Source of the DNA: Nageia nagi
Lineage: Eukaryota > Plantae > Pinophyta
Direction: 5' to 3'
Length of the DNA: 64,000 nucleotides
NCBI GenBank assembly: GCA_050084985.1
Contig: JBITNC010000001.1
Coordinates: 202,740,001-202,804,000 of the forward strand
The notes below the pieces were generated by a model. That model ran no database searches. It saw only the letters and a program-made list of their open reading frames with translations, and was not told where the DNA came from. Positions 47,242 to 59,330 of this stretch are shown here, one piece after another. Made by a program: the position numbers and the translations under genes. The first letter of the stretch is position 1; every line of letters begins with the position of its first letter.

Positions 47242-47792
47242 TGTTGACACCTAAAAGTGGTCACCTTAGCATGGTCCCACTTGGGTGCAACTTTACATAT
47301 ATGTTTAATCACACTTTATCATATTTCAGTCATATTTTACTTTATTATTACATATTTATGAGGTTGTGTTCTTAGTTTTATGTTAGGTATACCAAAAGAC
47401 TTGAGAGCTTCAACTTTCATATAAGGGATCAAATGGTGATATCATGCATGATATAAATGTAAGTATCTCTAACCTTAGGAAAGCATGTTAAGATTACATC
47501 TCAATAGTCGTTACCCTACACTTGGGTGTTTCTAAATACTACCTATTAACTTTGGAATCTTATTATCACTTGAGCAAATATATATCATCCATATTCGTGA
47601 TCATATACTTGGTTCAACTTTTTGATATATCTGTTGTCATTGATCCTTGTTGGTAAAAAACATTCTATGGGAATGCTAATGCCTGTATTGGGATTACTTT
47701 TATTGTTAGACATGGGGTTTGCACATCAAGGTTACCTCCCCTTAACAAGTTCATCCTACATAAACTCAGATTTGATATAGATAAGGACATAT

Positions 47793-49483
47793 TGTTGAGC
47801 ATGTGTGATTGTCATTGGTGTGATTGTCATTATTGTCAACACGTGGTTTTGGTAAAGACCGGGTTCCGGAGTTAGTAAATAAAGCATTCTGAAAGAGATG
47901 ATGTCAGCAATTTCAGGCCTTAACCCAAAATCGGAGCCTGAAAGTGATGAGGTCAGCAAGGAGTGATCAAATAGTTGGTGCTAGTGAGTAAAACATTCTA
48001 GAGGGAAGAGATGATGTCACGGGAAGAACGATGTTCACATTTTTGAATGAAATCGGGTTCCGAAGATGATGAGGTCAGCAAGGGGTGATTAAAAAGGTCG
48101 AAGTCAGTAGATTAAGTGTTCTAGAATGAAATGATAAAAGCTCAGTTATGGAAAAAACTAGGTTCCGAAGAAAGTGAGTAGAGCATTTTGGAAGCATGAA
48201 GATGACATCACGGGGAGAACAACATTCACAATTTTTGAATGAAACTAGGTCTCGAAGATGATGAGGTCAGCAAGGAGTGATCAAATAACTGGAGCCAATG
48301 AGTAAAACATTCCGAAATGTAGAGATGAGAATAGCAAAGAGAGATCAAATAGCTAGAGCCAGTAAATAGAATATCTCAGAAGCGATAAGGATAGCGAGAA
48401 GTCATATCACATCTTTAAGTTTCTTTTTTCTAGAAATGACATCAGCACGGACATCATGGGAAGCGTTTTACTCTACTTTTGAATTCCAGAGAAGATGACA
48501 TTAGTAGTTGGTGTTAAAAAGTCTGGAAGGCTACGCAGATACCTTGGAACTCTCTTTCGGAGTTCGAAGATGATGACATCATGGTGTATACAATAAACAT
48601 CCGGTAAGCTAGTCAATCTCTAGGCTATAGAAAGAGACTTCGGAACTAAATAATTAGATACTGTCAAATCTTCAAAATTAGTGGAGAAAGAGCTATACTT
48701 GTCTGAACAACTCTATTTGAGCAATAGGAGCATTCATTAGTTACAACAGTTGCAGTCTCGGATAGTGAACTCTCTTAGTGCAGGAGCAGTTACAAATAAA
48801 GATTCCTTTTCAGTTTGTTTTTGATAACGTGTTATGATAGGAACAGTTTCATTTGGGGGTTTTCTTGATGTGTAACGATTTTTAAAAATTGGCAGGAATG
48901 GATGTGAAGAGGGGATTGGCGATTTAGCGAAAATAACGAGTAGTGAAGGGTGAGTAGAGAAGCATGAGAGGAAGTAAGAGTGTGGAAGAGGGGAGTATTA
49001 GGAGTATGTGAAGTGAGCAAATGAATATGCAGATAGTAGTGTGATTGTTTAAGTGTGTTACTTTGGAGCTGTGTGCAGAGATCAAACAATGAGCATTAGA
49101 GCTAGACCATTGAGGGTCTTCTAGAATTGTATTCTTTCCTCCTTTTTGAATGTTGTATCAAGTGGGTGCTTGATAGCTGGAGTTGGTGCTCCAAGCAGTA
49201 GGTGCTGCTATTTTTAAAGTGGTAGTTGGTGCTACCCTTCACAGTTGGTGCTGTGAATCTGTAAACCTTCTTTAATGACTAGATTTGGATTGGAGTCTAA
49301 GCAGTCATTTTTAGGGATGTAGCCAATCTGGTGAACCTCGTTATATCTGGTATTGTGTGATGTACTTGGTGTGCTTGCTCAATTTTCTTTGGCTTTTAAT
49401 CTATCTTTATTTAAGAAGGTTAAATTGATTATTTTTTTATACACTGATTCACCCCCCCTCTTAGTGTCACTCGAAGTCTAACA
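47793..49483 (+). repeat. Sirevirus 5' LTR (1691 bp)
   Basis: TGTTGAGC...GTCTAACA; aligns with 54842-56569. Confidence 0.95.
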
Positions 49484-49485
49484 AT

Positions 49486-49498
49486 TGGTATCAGAGCC
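49486..49498 (+). promoter_or_regulatory. Primer binding site (initiator tRNA-Met)
   Basis: TGGTATCAGAGCC 2 nt after the LTR. Confidence 0.95.
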
Positions 49499-49546
49499 GG
49501 TTCCTACTTAGGCTATAACAGCTAAGGAGATCCTGGTAGTGGCACT

Positions 49547-52500
49547 ATGGCAAGCAGAGAAGGTTTCTCATCTAACAAGGCACCTCTCTTTGATGGAACC
49601 AATTATGCTTTCTGGAAACTTCGAATGAAGACTTATATCAGTGCACTGGGTTTTGGTACTTGGGATGCTGTTAAAAGGGGTTACACTCCTCCCCCAATAG
49701 GTCCATCAGATGAAGCAGAAAGAAAGGCATTTGAATGTGATGCAAAAGCAAGAAATGCTCTAATGTGTGGTCTTGTGGACAGTGAACTAGTGAAAGTTAT
49801 GGCATGCAAATCTACAAAAGAAATATGGAATAAGTTGAAGAGCATTCACGAAGGAGATGATAAAGTCAAGGAAGCAAAACTCCAAACCCATAGAGCTCAA
49901 TTCAAAGTTCTAAAGATGAATGAAGATGAAACCATCGAAGCATACATGTTGAGAGTAAATGAAATTACTAATGCAATCAGAGGTCTTGGGGAAGAAAATT
50001 GAAGATCATGTCATCATGAAAAAGGTACTACGATCTCTCACATCTTGCTTTGATTCAAAGGTGTCTGCTATTAAAGAAGCAAAAAATTTGAAAACTTTCA
50101 GCATGGATGAAATGCATGGATCGCTGACTGCTTATGAAATGAGGATTGGAAAAGCAAAACATTCAGAAAAGGAAGCAGCATTTAAAGCCAATAACAGTAC
50201 CAAAGCCAAAATAGATTCTAACGATGAGGAACAATCTGATGGAGTAGAAGCAAATTTTGTTAGAAAGCTAAAAAAGGGAAAAGGTAAATATAAAGGCAAG
50301 CTACCGTTTAAATGTTTTAACTGTGGTGGTATTGGTCATTTCATTTCAAAATGTCCATATAGAAAAACTGATAAAGATGATCAAGAATCATATTTTGAGA
50401 AAAACCATAAAATGAAATCTCATGCTCGAAATAGAAGGTCAAATAGACAGAGCTTCATATCGAGAAATGAAGGCTCCACTGATGATGATTCCAGTAATGA
50501 ATCAGAAAAAGAATACAATGGAGCATTGTTTATGGCATTTGAAGAGAAACTGAATGAAGACAATCAAAATGACCAAGAACATAAAAAAGAAGAGACAGAT
50601 GAAGAAAATGACTGTGAGATTGAGATTGATCTTGAAGAAGAACTAATAACAGCATTGAATGAACTGGATAAAGAAAAATAAGAAACTCTCAAAAAGGTTT
50701 GATGATGCAAGTAATATTATAGAAAACTTAAAAATAGAAGTGGAAGAATCTAAGAGGATAACTGAGAGTTTGGAGGAACAACTTCTTGTGAAATTTAAAA
50801 ATTGCAGTAAGCTTGAAGAAGAAATAACTGGGCTACGTATGCAACTAGAGGAAGTCACCAAGAAAATCAGCTCTTTTGAATATCTAGAAGGAAGGTCGAC
50901 TAAACTCAATGAAATCATTAACAATTAAAGAATGTTTTCTGATAAATCTGGTCTAGGATATGAAAAAGGACAATCTTCCAATGACATAAAAAGGGAAAAC
51001 ATAAAAGAAACCAAGAAGAAGGAAGATAGCTCAGGATTGGAGGATGATGGCTTCACTCAAGTGCATTCCAGAAGAAGACCCTATGCAGGACTAAGAAGTA
51101 CTCAGCAATATAATAGCTACATCCATCCCTTCAATGGATACTGTTTCAAATGCAATGCGTATGGACACAAAATTTCTGAATTTAAGTATAATATCACTCC
51201 AAGAACCTTTGTTACTAGGAATGCATTCGGCCCACTAATGGAGTATCCAGTTGAGTGTTACAACTGTCATGAATATGGACACATTGCAAGATTTTGCAGA
51301 AATAATCATGGCATGAGGTTCTTTCCATCGAGATAATTTCCTTCCATAAGACAGAATAAACAGTTTCAGAGCAGTCATCCATAGGAAGAAGAAAAGTATA
51401 ATAAAAAATAAGAAGTTGAAATAAAAGTAAAACAAGTCTGGAAAGAAAAGGAGAAACTCAGAGAGGATAAAGAGTCTTTAATCGTTCAAACAACATTAAA
51501 AGCTCAAGACAAACCATCACCATGGATATTAGACAGCGGATGCTCAAGTCACATGACAGGTGACAAGAAGAAATTTCAAAAACTACAGGAATATGAAGGT
51601 GGGTCAGTAAGATTTGGAAACAATGATGGCGCATAGATTATCGGCAAAGGGACAGTCAAAATAAATGATGGCAACATCAGATCCGAAGAGGTATTATTTG
51701 TTGTGGGACTGAAGCATAATTTGTTGAGCGTTAGTCAAATATGTGACAAAGGACATGATGTAATTTTCAAAAAGCATGGCTGTGAGATCCGAAGGGCAAA
51801 TAGTGGTAGACTTGTAGCAGTTGGTACAAGAACCTATGGTAATTTATACACCTTATCAGATATTTCAGAGGGATCATGTCTTCAGGTAAGGAGAGTGATG
51901 ATTGGCTATGGCATAAGAGATTGGGACACATCTGTTTTAAAAACTTGATGAACATTTGCTCAAAAAGAGCAGTAAGAGATATGCCCAGTATCAGCAAACT
52001 AGCAAATGATGTTTGTGATTCATGCCAAAGGGGAAAGCAAACTCGGGCAAAGTTCAAAGTGAAAGAATATCACACAAGCAGACCATTGGAAATCATACAC
52101 ACCGACCTATGCGGACCAATGAGAACACAAAGCGTTAATGGAGATAAGTATTTTATTCTGTTCATAGATGATTATTCAAGAATGACTTTGGTGCAATTTT
52201 TGAAACATAAATCTGAAGCTTTTGAAATGTTCAAAGCATTTAAAAATCAAGTAGAAAATCAGATAGAGAGGAGAATTAAATGTCTTCGCTCAGACAGAGG
52301 AGGTGAGTTCACTTCTGATGAGTTTTCTGAGTTTTGCATATAACATGAAATTAAAAGACAATTCTCTATAGCAAGAACTCCACAACAAAATGGAGTCGTT
52401 GAAAGAAAAAATAGAGCAGTACAAGAAATGGCTCGAACCATGATGATAGAGAGCAAGGTTGCTGATAGGTTCTAGAAAGAAGCAGTGCATACTGTAGTGC

Positions 52501-54614
52501 ATATTCAAAATAGATGTATGATGCGACCACATGAGGATAGAACACCATATGAATTATGGTTTGGAAGAAAAGCTACAGTGAGGCACTTCAAGATCTTTGG
52601 CAGTAAATGCTATATCAAGAGAATAGAAGAAAATTTAGGAAAGTTTGAGGATAGATCTGATGAAGGTATCTTTCTTGGTTACTCTTCGAAGAGCAAAGCA
52701 TACAGGTGTTACAATAAAAGGACAAAAATAATCGTTGATAGTGCTGATGTTCGTGTTGATGAGCAAAGAGATCTTCCTAAGAGAAATGATGATGATGATC
52801 TTCCTGCCTATCAAGATTCAATTGAAGAAGACAAAAAGAATAAAAACAAATATAAGCCTCCTGTACAGTAATCACAAGTAAAGAAACTAGAAGATTCAAA
52901 TTCGCTAAGTAACCCAAATAGTGCTTCAGAAAATGAGGCGAAAGAAGATGAAAATTCAAAAACTCCATCAAAAAGATGGCATAAGGATCATCCATAGGAG
53001 CAAATCATCGGTGAGTTTCATACAGGCATCCAAACTCATAGAGGGGTTTCACGCACCTATTCTCTCCTATCCAATATAGAGCCTAAAAATGTCTCAGAAG
53101 CTAGCCAAGATGAAAGCTGGATGAAAGTAATGGAGGAAGAACTCACTCAAATTGAAAAGAATGAAACATGGGAACTTGTTCCTATACCAGCCAACAAAAA
53201 TGTGATTGGCACAAAGTGGGTTTTTCGTAATAAGTTGAATGAATATGGGATAGTGGTTCGAAATAAAGCTAGACTTGTCTACAAGGGATATGCTCAAGTT
53301 GAAGAAATTGATTTTGAAGAAACTTTTGCACCTATGGCCAGATTAGAAGCTATTTGCATGTTTTTAGCTTTTACAGTGTATAAAGACTTTAAAGTTTATC
53401 GAATGGATGTAAAATCAGCCTTTCTAAATGGTAAAATTAAGGAAGAAGTCTATATTGAACAGCCAAATGGTTTCCAATTGGGAGAGAATCCTAATCTGGT
53501 ATGCAAACTAAAGAAGGCTCTGTATGGTTTAAAATAGGCACCTCGAGCATGGTACTCCAGACTTGATACATATCTTCAGCAGCAAGGCTTTAGAAAAGGA
53601 ATGGTGGATAGCAATTTATACATTAAATCAGAAAAGGAAAATCAGCTAATTGTTGTTATCTATGTAGATGATATAATTTTTGGAGGAAGCAAGAATGAGC
53701 TATGTAAAAATCTTGTTGACAACATGCAAATAGAATTTGAGATGTCTATGATAGGTGAGCTTGCATTTTTTCTCGGCTTACAAATCAATCAGTTGAAGAA
53801 TGGCATGTTCATTTCTCAAACCAAGTATGTTAAGGAGATGCTGAAGAAGTTTACCATGGAAGACTGTAAACCTGTGAGCACCCCTATGATGACAGGCTGC
53901 AAATTAAGCAAGGATGATAAAGCACCAACAGTAGATCAAACATAATACAGGTCAATGATTGGAAGTTTATTATATTTGACAGCTACTAGATCGGATATTC
54001 TTCAAGTAGTATGTATGGTTACTCGATTTCAAGCAAATCCCAAAGAAACACATGTTACTGCAGTAAAGAGAATATTCAGATATCTCAAAGGTATAGTAGA
54101 ATATGGTTTATGGTATCCTAGAGGAAAGGACTTTACACTTATTGCCTTTTCAGATGCAGACTGGGCAGGATGCATGGATGATAGGAAGAGCACCAGTGGA
54201 GGAGCATTTTATTTGGGTAATAATCTTATTGGTTGGCATAGTAAAAAGTAAGACTCAGTATCCCTATCTACAGCAGAAGTAGAGTATATAGCAGCAACTT
54301 CTTGCTGCACATAGATTCTATGGATGAAGCAGATGCTAAAAGATTTTGGTATACAGATTAACAAGCCCATATCAGTTCTTTGTTATAACATAAGTGCAAT
54401 CAATATATCAAAAAATCCTATTATGCACTCACAAATAAAGCATATTACAATCAGATATCACTTTCTAAAAGAAAGAGTGGTGCAAGGAGAAGTATAGTTG
54501 GATTTTGTTCCAACCACAGAGCAAGTAGCAGACATCTTTACAAAGCCTTTGCCCAAAGACGTCTTCGAATATCTTCGAAACAAGTTAAGAGTTGTTGTCC
54601 TTCCCAAGCATTAG
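49547..54614 (+). pseudogene. Sirevirus gag-pol, broken by nonsense and frameshift mutations
   Basis: PLFDGTNYAFWK; three zinc knuckles; DKSGLGY; WILDSGCSSHMTG; IHTDLCGP...RSDRGGEF; [10 protein letters not shown]...YVDD; FSDADWAG; ADIFTKPL. Confidence 0.93.
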
Positions 54615-54632
54615 CTAGTTCTGGACGACACA

Positions 54633-54841
54633 TTCTCAGGGGGAGTGTTCATTTTTTCCTTCCTATATTGCTTCTGTGTATCTTATTTTTGTATGCATAC
54701 TACTGATTTCCTGAGAATTTCATGTATGGACTCAGGGGGAGTCTGTAAATGCCCTTTGTTATTATTGACAAAGGGGGAGAGAAAAGTCCTGATGCTAGTG
54801 TCTAATCAAGTGGTGTTGCCAACAATTCCAAAGGGGGAGAT
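54633..54841 (+). promoter_or_regulatory. Cluster of four polypurine tracts upstream of the 3' LTR
   Basis: CAGGGGGAG (~54637), CAGGGGGAG (~54733), AAAGGGGGAGA (~54769), AAAGGGGGAGAT (54830-54841). Confidence 0.85.
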
Positions 54842-56569
54842 TGTTGAGCATGTGTGATTGTCATTGGTGTGATTGTCATTATTGTCAACATGTGGTTTTG
54901 GTAAAGACCGAGTTCCGAAGGTGATGAGGTTAGTAAGGAGAATTGAAAAGTTGGGGTTAGTAAATAAAGCATTTCGAAAGAGATGACATCAGTGATTTCA
55001 AGCCTTAACCCAAAATCGGAGCCCAGAAGTGATGAGGTCAGCAAGGAGCGATCAAATAGTTGGTGCCAGTGAGTAAAACATTTCGGAGGGAAGAGATGAT
55101 GTCACGGGAAGAACGATGTTCACATTTGTGAATGAAACCAGGTTTCAGAGATGATGAGGTCAGCAAGGGGTGATTAAAAAGGTTAGAGTCAGTAGATTAA
55201 GCATTCCAAAATAAAATGATAAAAGCTCAGTTGTGGAAAAAATTGGGTTCCAGAGAAAGTGAGTAGAGCATTCCGGAAGCATGAAGATGATGTCACGGGG
55301 AGAACAACGTTCATAATTTTTGAATGAAATCGGGTCCCAGAGATGATGAGGTTAGCAAGGAGTGATCAAATAACCAGAGCCAGTGAGTAAAACATTCCAG
55401 AATGTAGAGATGAGAATAGCAAAGAGAGATCAAATAGCCAGAGCCAGTAAATAGAATATCTCAAAAGCGACAAGGATAGTGAGAAGTCATATCACATCTT
55501 TAAGTTTCTTTTTTTCGAAAATGACATCAACACGAACATTGCAGGAAGCATTTTACTCTGCTTTCAGAGTCCAGAGAAGATGATGTTAGCAGTTGGTGTT
55601 GAAAAGTCTAGAAGGCCACACAGATACCTTGGAACTCTCTTCCAGAGTCTGGAGATGATGACATCATGGTGTATACAATAAACATCCGGTAAGCTAGTCA
55701 ATCTCTAGGCTATAGAAAGAGACTCCAAAACTAAATAATCAAATACTATCAAATCTTTGAAATCAATGGAGAAAGAGCTATACTTGTATGAACAACTCTA
55801 TTTGAGAAATAGGAGCGTTCGTCAGTTACAGCAGTTGCAGCCTCGGATAGTGAACTCTCTTAGTGCAGGAGTAGTTACAAATAAAGATTCCTTTTCAGTT
55901 TGTTTTTGATAACGTGTTATGACAGGAACAGTTTTGTGTGGGGTTTTTCTTGATGTGTAACAGTTTTTAAAAATTGGTAGGAATGGATGTGAAGAGGGGA
56001 TTGGCGATTTAGCGAAAACAACGAGTAGTGAAGGGCGAGTAGAGAAGCATGAGAGGAAGTAAGAGTGTGGAAGAGGGGAGTATTCGGAGTATGTGAAGTG
56101 AGCAAATGAATATGCAGATAGTAGTGTGATTGTTTAAGTGTGTTACTTTGGAGCTGTGTGCAAAGATCAAACAATGAGCATTAGAGCTAGACCATTGAGG
56201 GTCTTCTAGAATTGTATTCTTTCCTCCTTTTTGAATGTTGTATCAAGTGGGTGCTTGATAGCTAGAGTTGGTGCTCCAAGAGTAGGTGTTGCTATTTTTA
56301 AAGTGGTAGTTGGTGCTACCCTTCACAGTTGGTGCTGTGAATCTGTAAACCTTCTTTAATGACTGGATTTGGATTGGAGTCCAAGCAGTCATTTTCGGGG
56401 ATGTAGCCAATCTGGTGAACCTCGTTATATCTGGTATTGTGTGATGTACTTGGTGTGCTTGCTCAATTTTCTCTGGCTTTTAATCTATCTTTATTTAAGA
56501 AGGTTAAATTGATTATTTTTTTATACACTGTTTCACCCCCCCCCTCTCAGTGTCACTCGAAGTCTAACA
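54842..56569 (+). repeat. Sirevirus 3' LTR (1728 bp)
   Basis: Direct repeat of the 5' LTR with an extra ~36 bp near 54918-54953. Confidence 0.95.
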
Positions 56570-58919
56570 CATATAAGTATTTATATTACACTTGATTTCA
56601 TATCTTTAGTACATGCATTTGCTTTACATGTTGACATCAATGTAATTCATATTTTTGTTATTTCACTGCTATATTCTTTATTTCCTATTATTCATGTATA
56701 TTTATTTGAAGTAATTAGCTTAGATAATACATACTTAAATGTTTATGTGTAATTTAGTTCATTTAAGATAAAACTCAAGGTTTACTAAAATACATATGAA
56801 CATATTGGTGGCCACCTTTCATAGCATTTTCTTTCTCTTAATTAGGGTTAGAATAAAAACTTCTCTTAAACCTACTTGTGTCTTTATATCAAGAACCCTA
56901 GGGTTCTTGATTACATTTTATTAGTGATTTTATGAGTGTGATAGAAATGAAAAATATAACTATTGAAGTGTTGACCAAATTAATGGCAATTCCTAAGTTT
57001 CAAGCTCTTACAGTAAAAGCATCTTCACCTATAGCTCATATTAGAAATTAGGATAGCATAAATGCACACATCAACATAGATGATGCCATAAATGCCAACA
57101 CTAATAGTAGCATGAATGTTGGTAATGGTGCATTGAATTTAAGTACCTTTATACTGAGTAGTTTAGATATCTTGAGTCCAAGGTTGATAAGTTTGGAAGA
57201 AAACTTGGAGTTGGTATAGATTGGATATAGAACAAGGGTAATCCTTTAAGCATGGAGATTTGCATTACACTACTCATTGGTATAGATAAGGATCCTAAAT
57301 TCAAAAGTTTAAGGGTAAGACTAATCCTATCACATATCTTCAAGGTTTTGGGTACATCATGGAGCCTAAATGTGGGGTTAATGATAATTTGAAAATAAAG
57401 TACTTCCTTATAAGGTTAACCGATGAAGCTCGCAAGTGGTTTCATAGATTAGAACCAACTTCAATATCATCATATCAACAATTTAAGGATGAATTCAAGG
57501 CTCATTTTAGATGCAATCTAAATAAAATAGTTGATTAACATATTTAATTCATTGTAAGTAAGGATAAATGGAAAGGTTGGACAAGTTTGCTCCTAGATTT
57601 GTGAAGCTTTAATTTGGATGTACATTGAAAAAAAGGTAAAGGAACATTTCATTACAAAGATATTCCATGATAACATTAATCCTATTCTTCTTGAAAAAAT
57701 ACCTAAGCATGTTAATGGTTCATTTATGCATGTGGTTCATTTGCTTATTGAAAAAGAGGAATTCCTAGTAAGATCTAATTTACTTAAGTACACATTCTCT
57801 TCTTCCAATAAAGATAATGGTAGAAAACCCTATAAAAAAAGGATGATATTTTACTAAATGAAGTTGAACCAACTAATCAAGACAAATCAAAAGATAGAAA
57901 ATCAGTGAAAGATATATATCTATTACTAGTAAACTATAATCAAATGTTTGATAAATATTTATAACAAGGTCCAATCAAATGCATGCAAGGAAAGGAATAT
58001 GGACCTAATAATGAGACAAACCTATTTGGTCTAGGGATAATCAATTTTATAAATATCATGTTATTATGTTATGAGGAAGAAAATAAGACACTTATTGGAT
58101 AGTGGTACAGTCTCATATGAAAATGATATGCTTAAAGTTAAATCTCAAGACCGACCTTCTATCACCATTGTAAATATGATTGTCTATGATGATAATGGTG
58201 AACATATTGACTTTGATGACAAATTTAGTGCAAAGGTAGAATCAAATGCAAGATCAAATTTGGAGCAAACATTCAATGTAGAAACAAGATGGAAGAAAGG
58301 TATTCCTAATCCAATTTCTACTACAAAAGAGGTACCTTCTAAATCTCCTCTTAAGGGAAAAAAAAAATACAAATACAAAAAGAATATTTTGCATAATATA
58401 AAGAACACCAATCCTAAAATCAATTTACTTGAGTTATTTGAAACATCTAAAGAGCATAGAATGATATTATTTGAACTACTTAGTGATGTTGATGTTGATA
58501 CTAATATTTAAATTAGCTCAATGGTAGGAATGGTTGGTTGTTTCAAGAATTCTATAACATTTACTAAATATAAGATTCATAGTGATGATATTATTGATAA
58601 ATGCACCAATACACATCTATGTTAAGATATTATGTAAGATAATCAAGCATGCATTTGTATATGATGGTGCAAATTTGAATATTTGCTTTATTAAATTCTT
58701 TAAGAAGTTTGTTCATGAGTTGATACCTAAATTTGTGAGAAAGAAGTACAAGATCATAGGTTATGAAAGTAATAGCAAAACATGTACTGGACATGTTATG
58801 TTACCTATTCAGGTGGGGCCAAAGATAGTGGAAGTTGTGATATACATTCTAGATAAGAAACTACCTTATGACATTGGTGAGGCATCAATTCACCACTTAA
58901 ATTTATCAATCTAGGATGG

Positions 58920-59330
58920 TGTACTAAGCTATTTCTAGTAATAACCTTGTTATTTATTATGATATGAAAACACACATAGTTTGCAAGTAATGAAAATGAA
59001 ATAAAAATCAAATAAAACACACAATTAGAATAAAATAATAAGAAATAGAAGAGAGACTTCTACCCATTGGAGTTTGCCAAGCTCCACCTAGTAGAAGCTC
59101 TAGAATAACTAAGAATTCAAAGAAACTCTAAACTTTATTGCTTCACTACTGCTCACAAAATAAACTTATTTTCCTATTACATTCTTATAATATCCATCCC
59201 TAACTTCTACAGAGAGAGGGGTTTTAATAACTTTATCAAATAAATCCAAGAGCTATGGCCCATAACAATTGGGCAACTCTCTTTTATTTCTTATATGAAT
59301 ACAAAATATATCTAATAAATGATAAACTAT
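58920..59330 (-). mobile_element. Degraded LTR segment related to the Athila-like LTR
   Basis: 59050-59150 (AGAGACTTCTACCCATTGGAG...ACTTTATTGCT) resembles 9160-9260 (AGAGTCTTCTACCATTTGGAG...ACTTTATTGCT); boundaries uncertain. Confidence 0.5.

Larger units (their letters stand above)
47793..56569 (+). mobile_element. Full-length Sirevirus (SIRE/Maximus lineage Ty1/copia), pseudogenised, no env-like ORF
   Basis: Paired LTRs TG...CA; perfect TSD CATAT; Met PBS; extended Gag; PR-INT-RT-RH order; multiple PPTs; TTCACCCCCCCTC near the LTR 3' ends. Confidence 0.95.
47242..58915 (+). mobile_element. Old gypsy element (LTR 47242-~56802 split by the Sirevirus; gag and protease remnants 56930-58915)
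   Basis: TGTTGACACC start interrupts copia integrase; sequence resumes after TSD at 56570; PKIQKFKGKTNP...LTDEARKWFHRLEPTSISSYQQFKDEFKAHF; AFVYDGANLNIC. Confidence 0.65.

Noticed and set aside
49985-50005. Frameshift in Sirevirus gag as a programmed frameshift
   Set aside because: It lies inside the capsid region in an A-run of an element with many other lesions; a simple indel is more likely
48832-56174. Near-identical 85-aa ORFs at 48832-49089 and 55917-56174
   Set aside because: They are the two LTR copies read antisense across a purine-rich tract, not a gene pair
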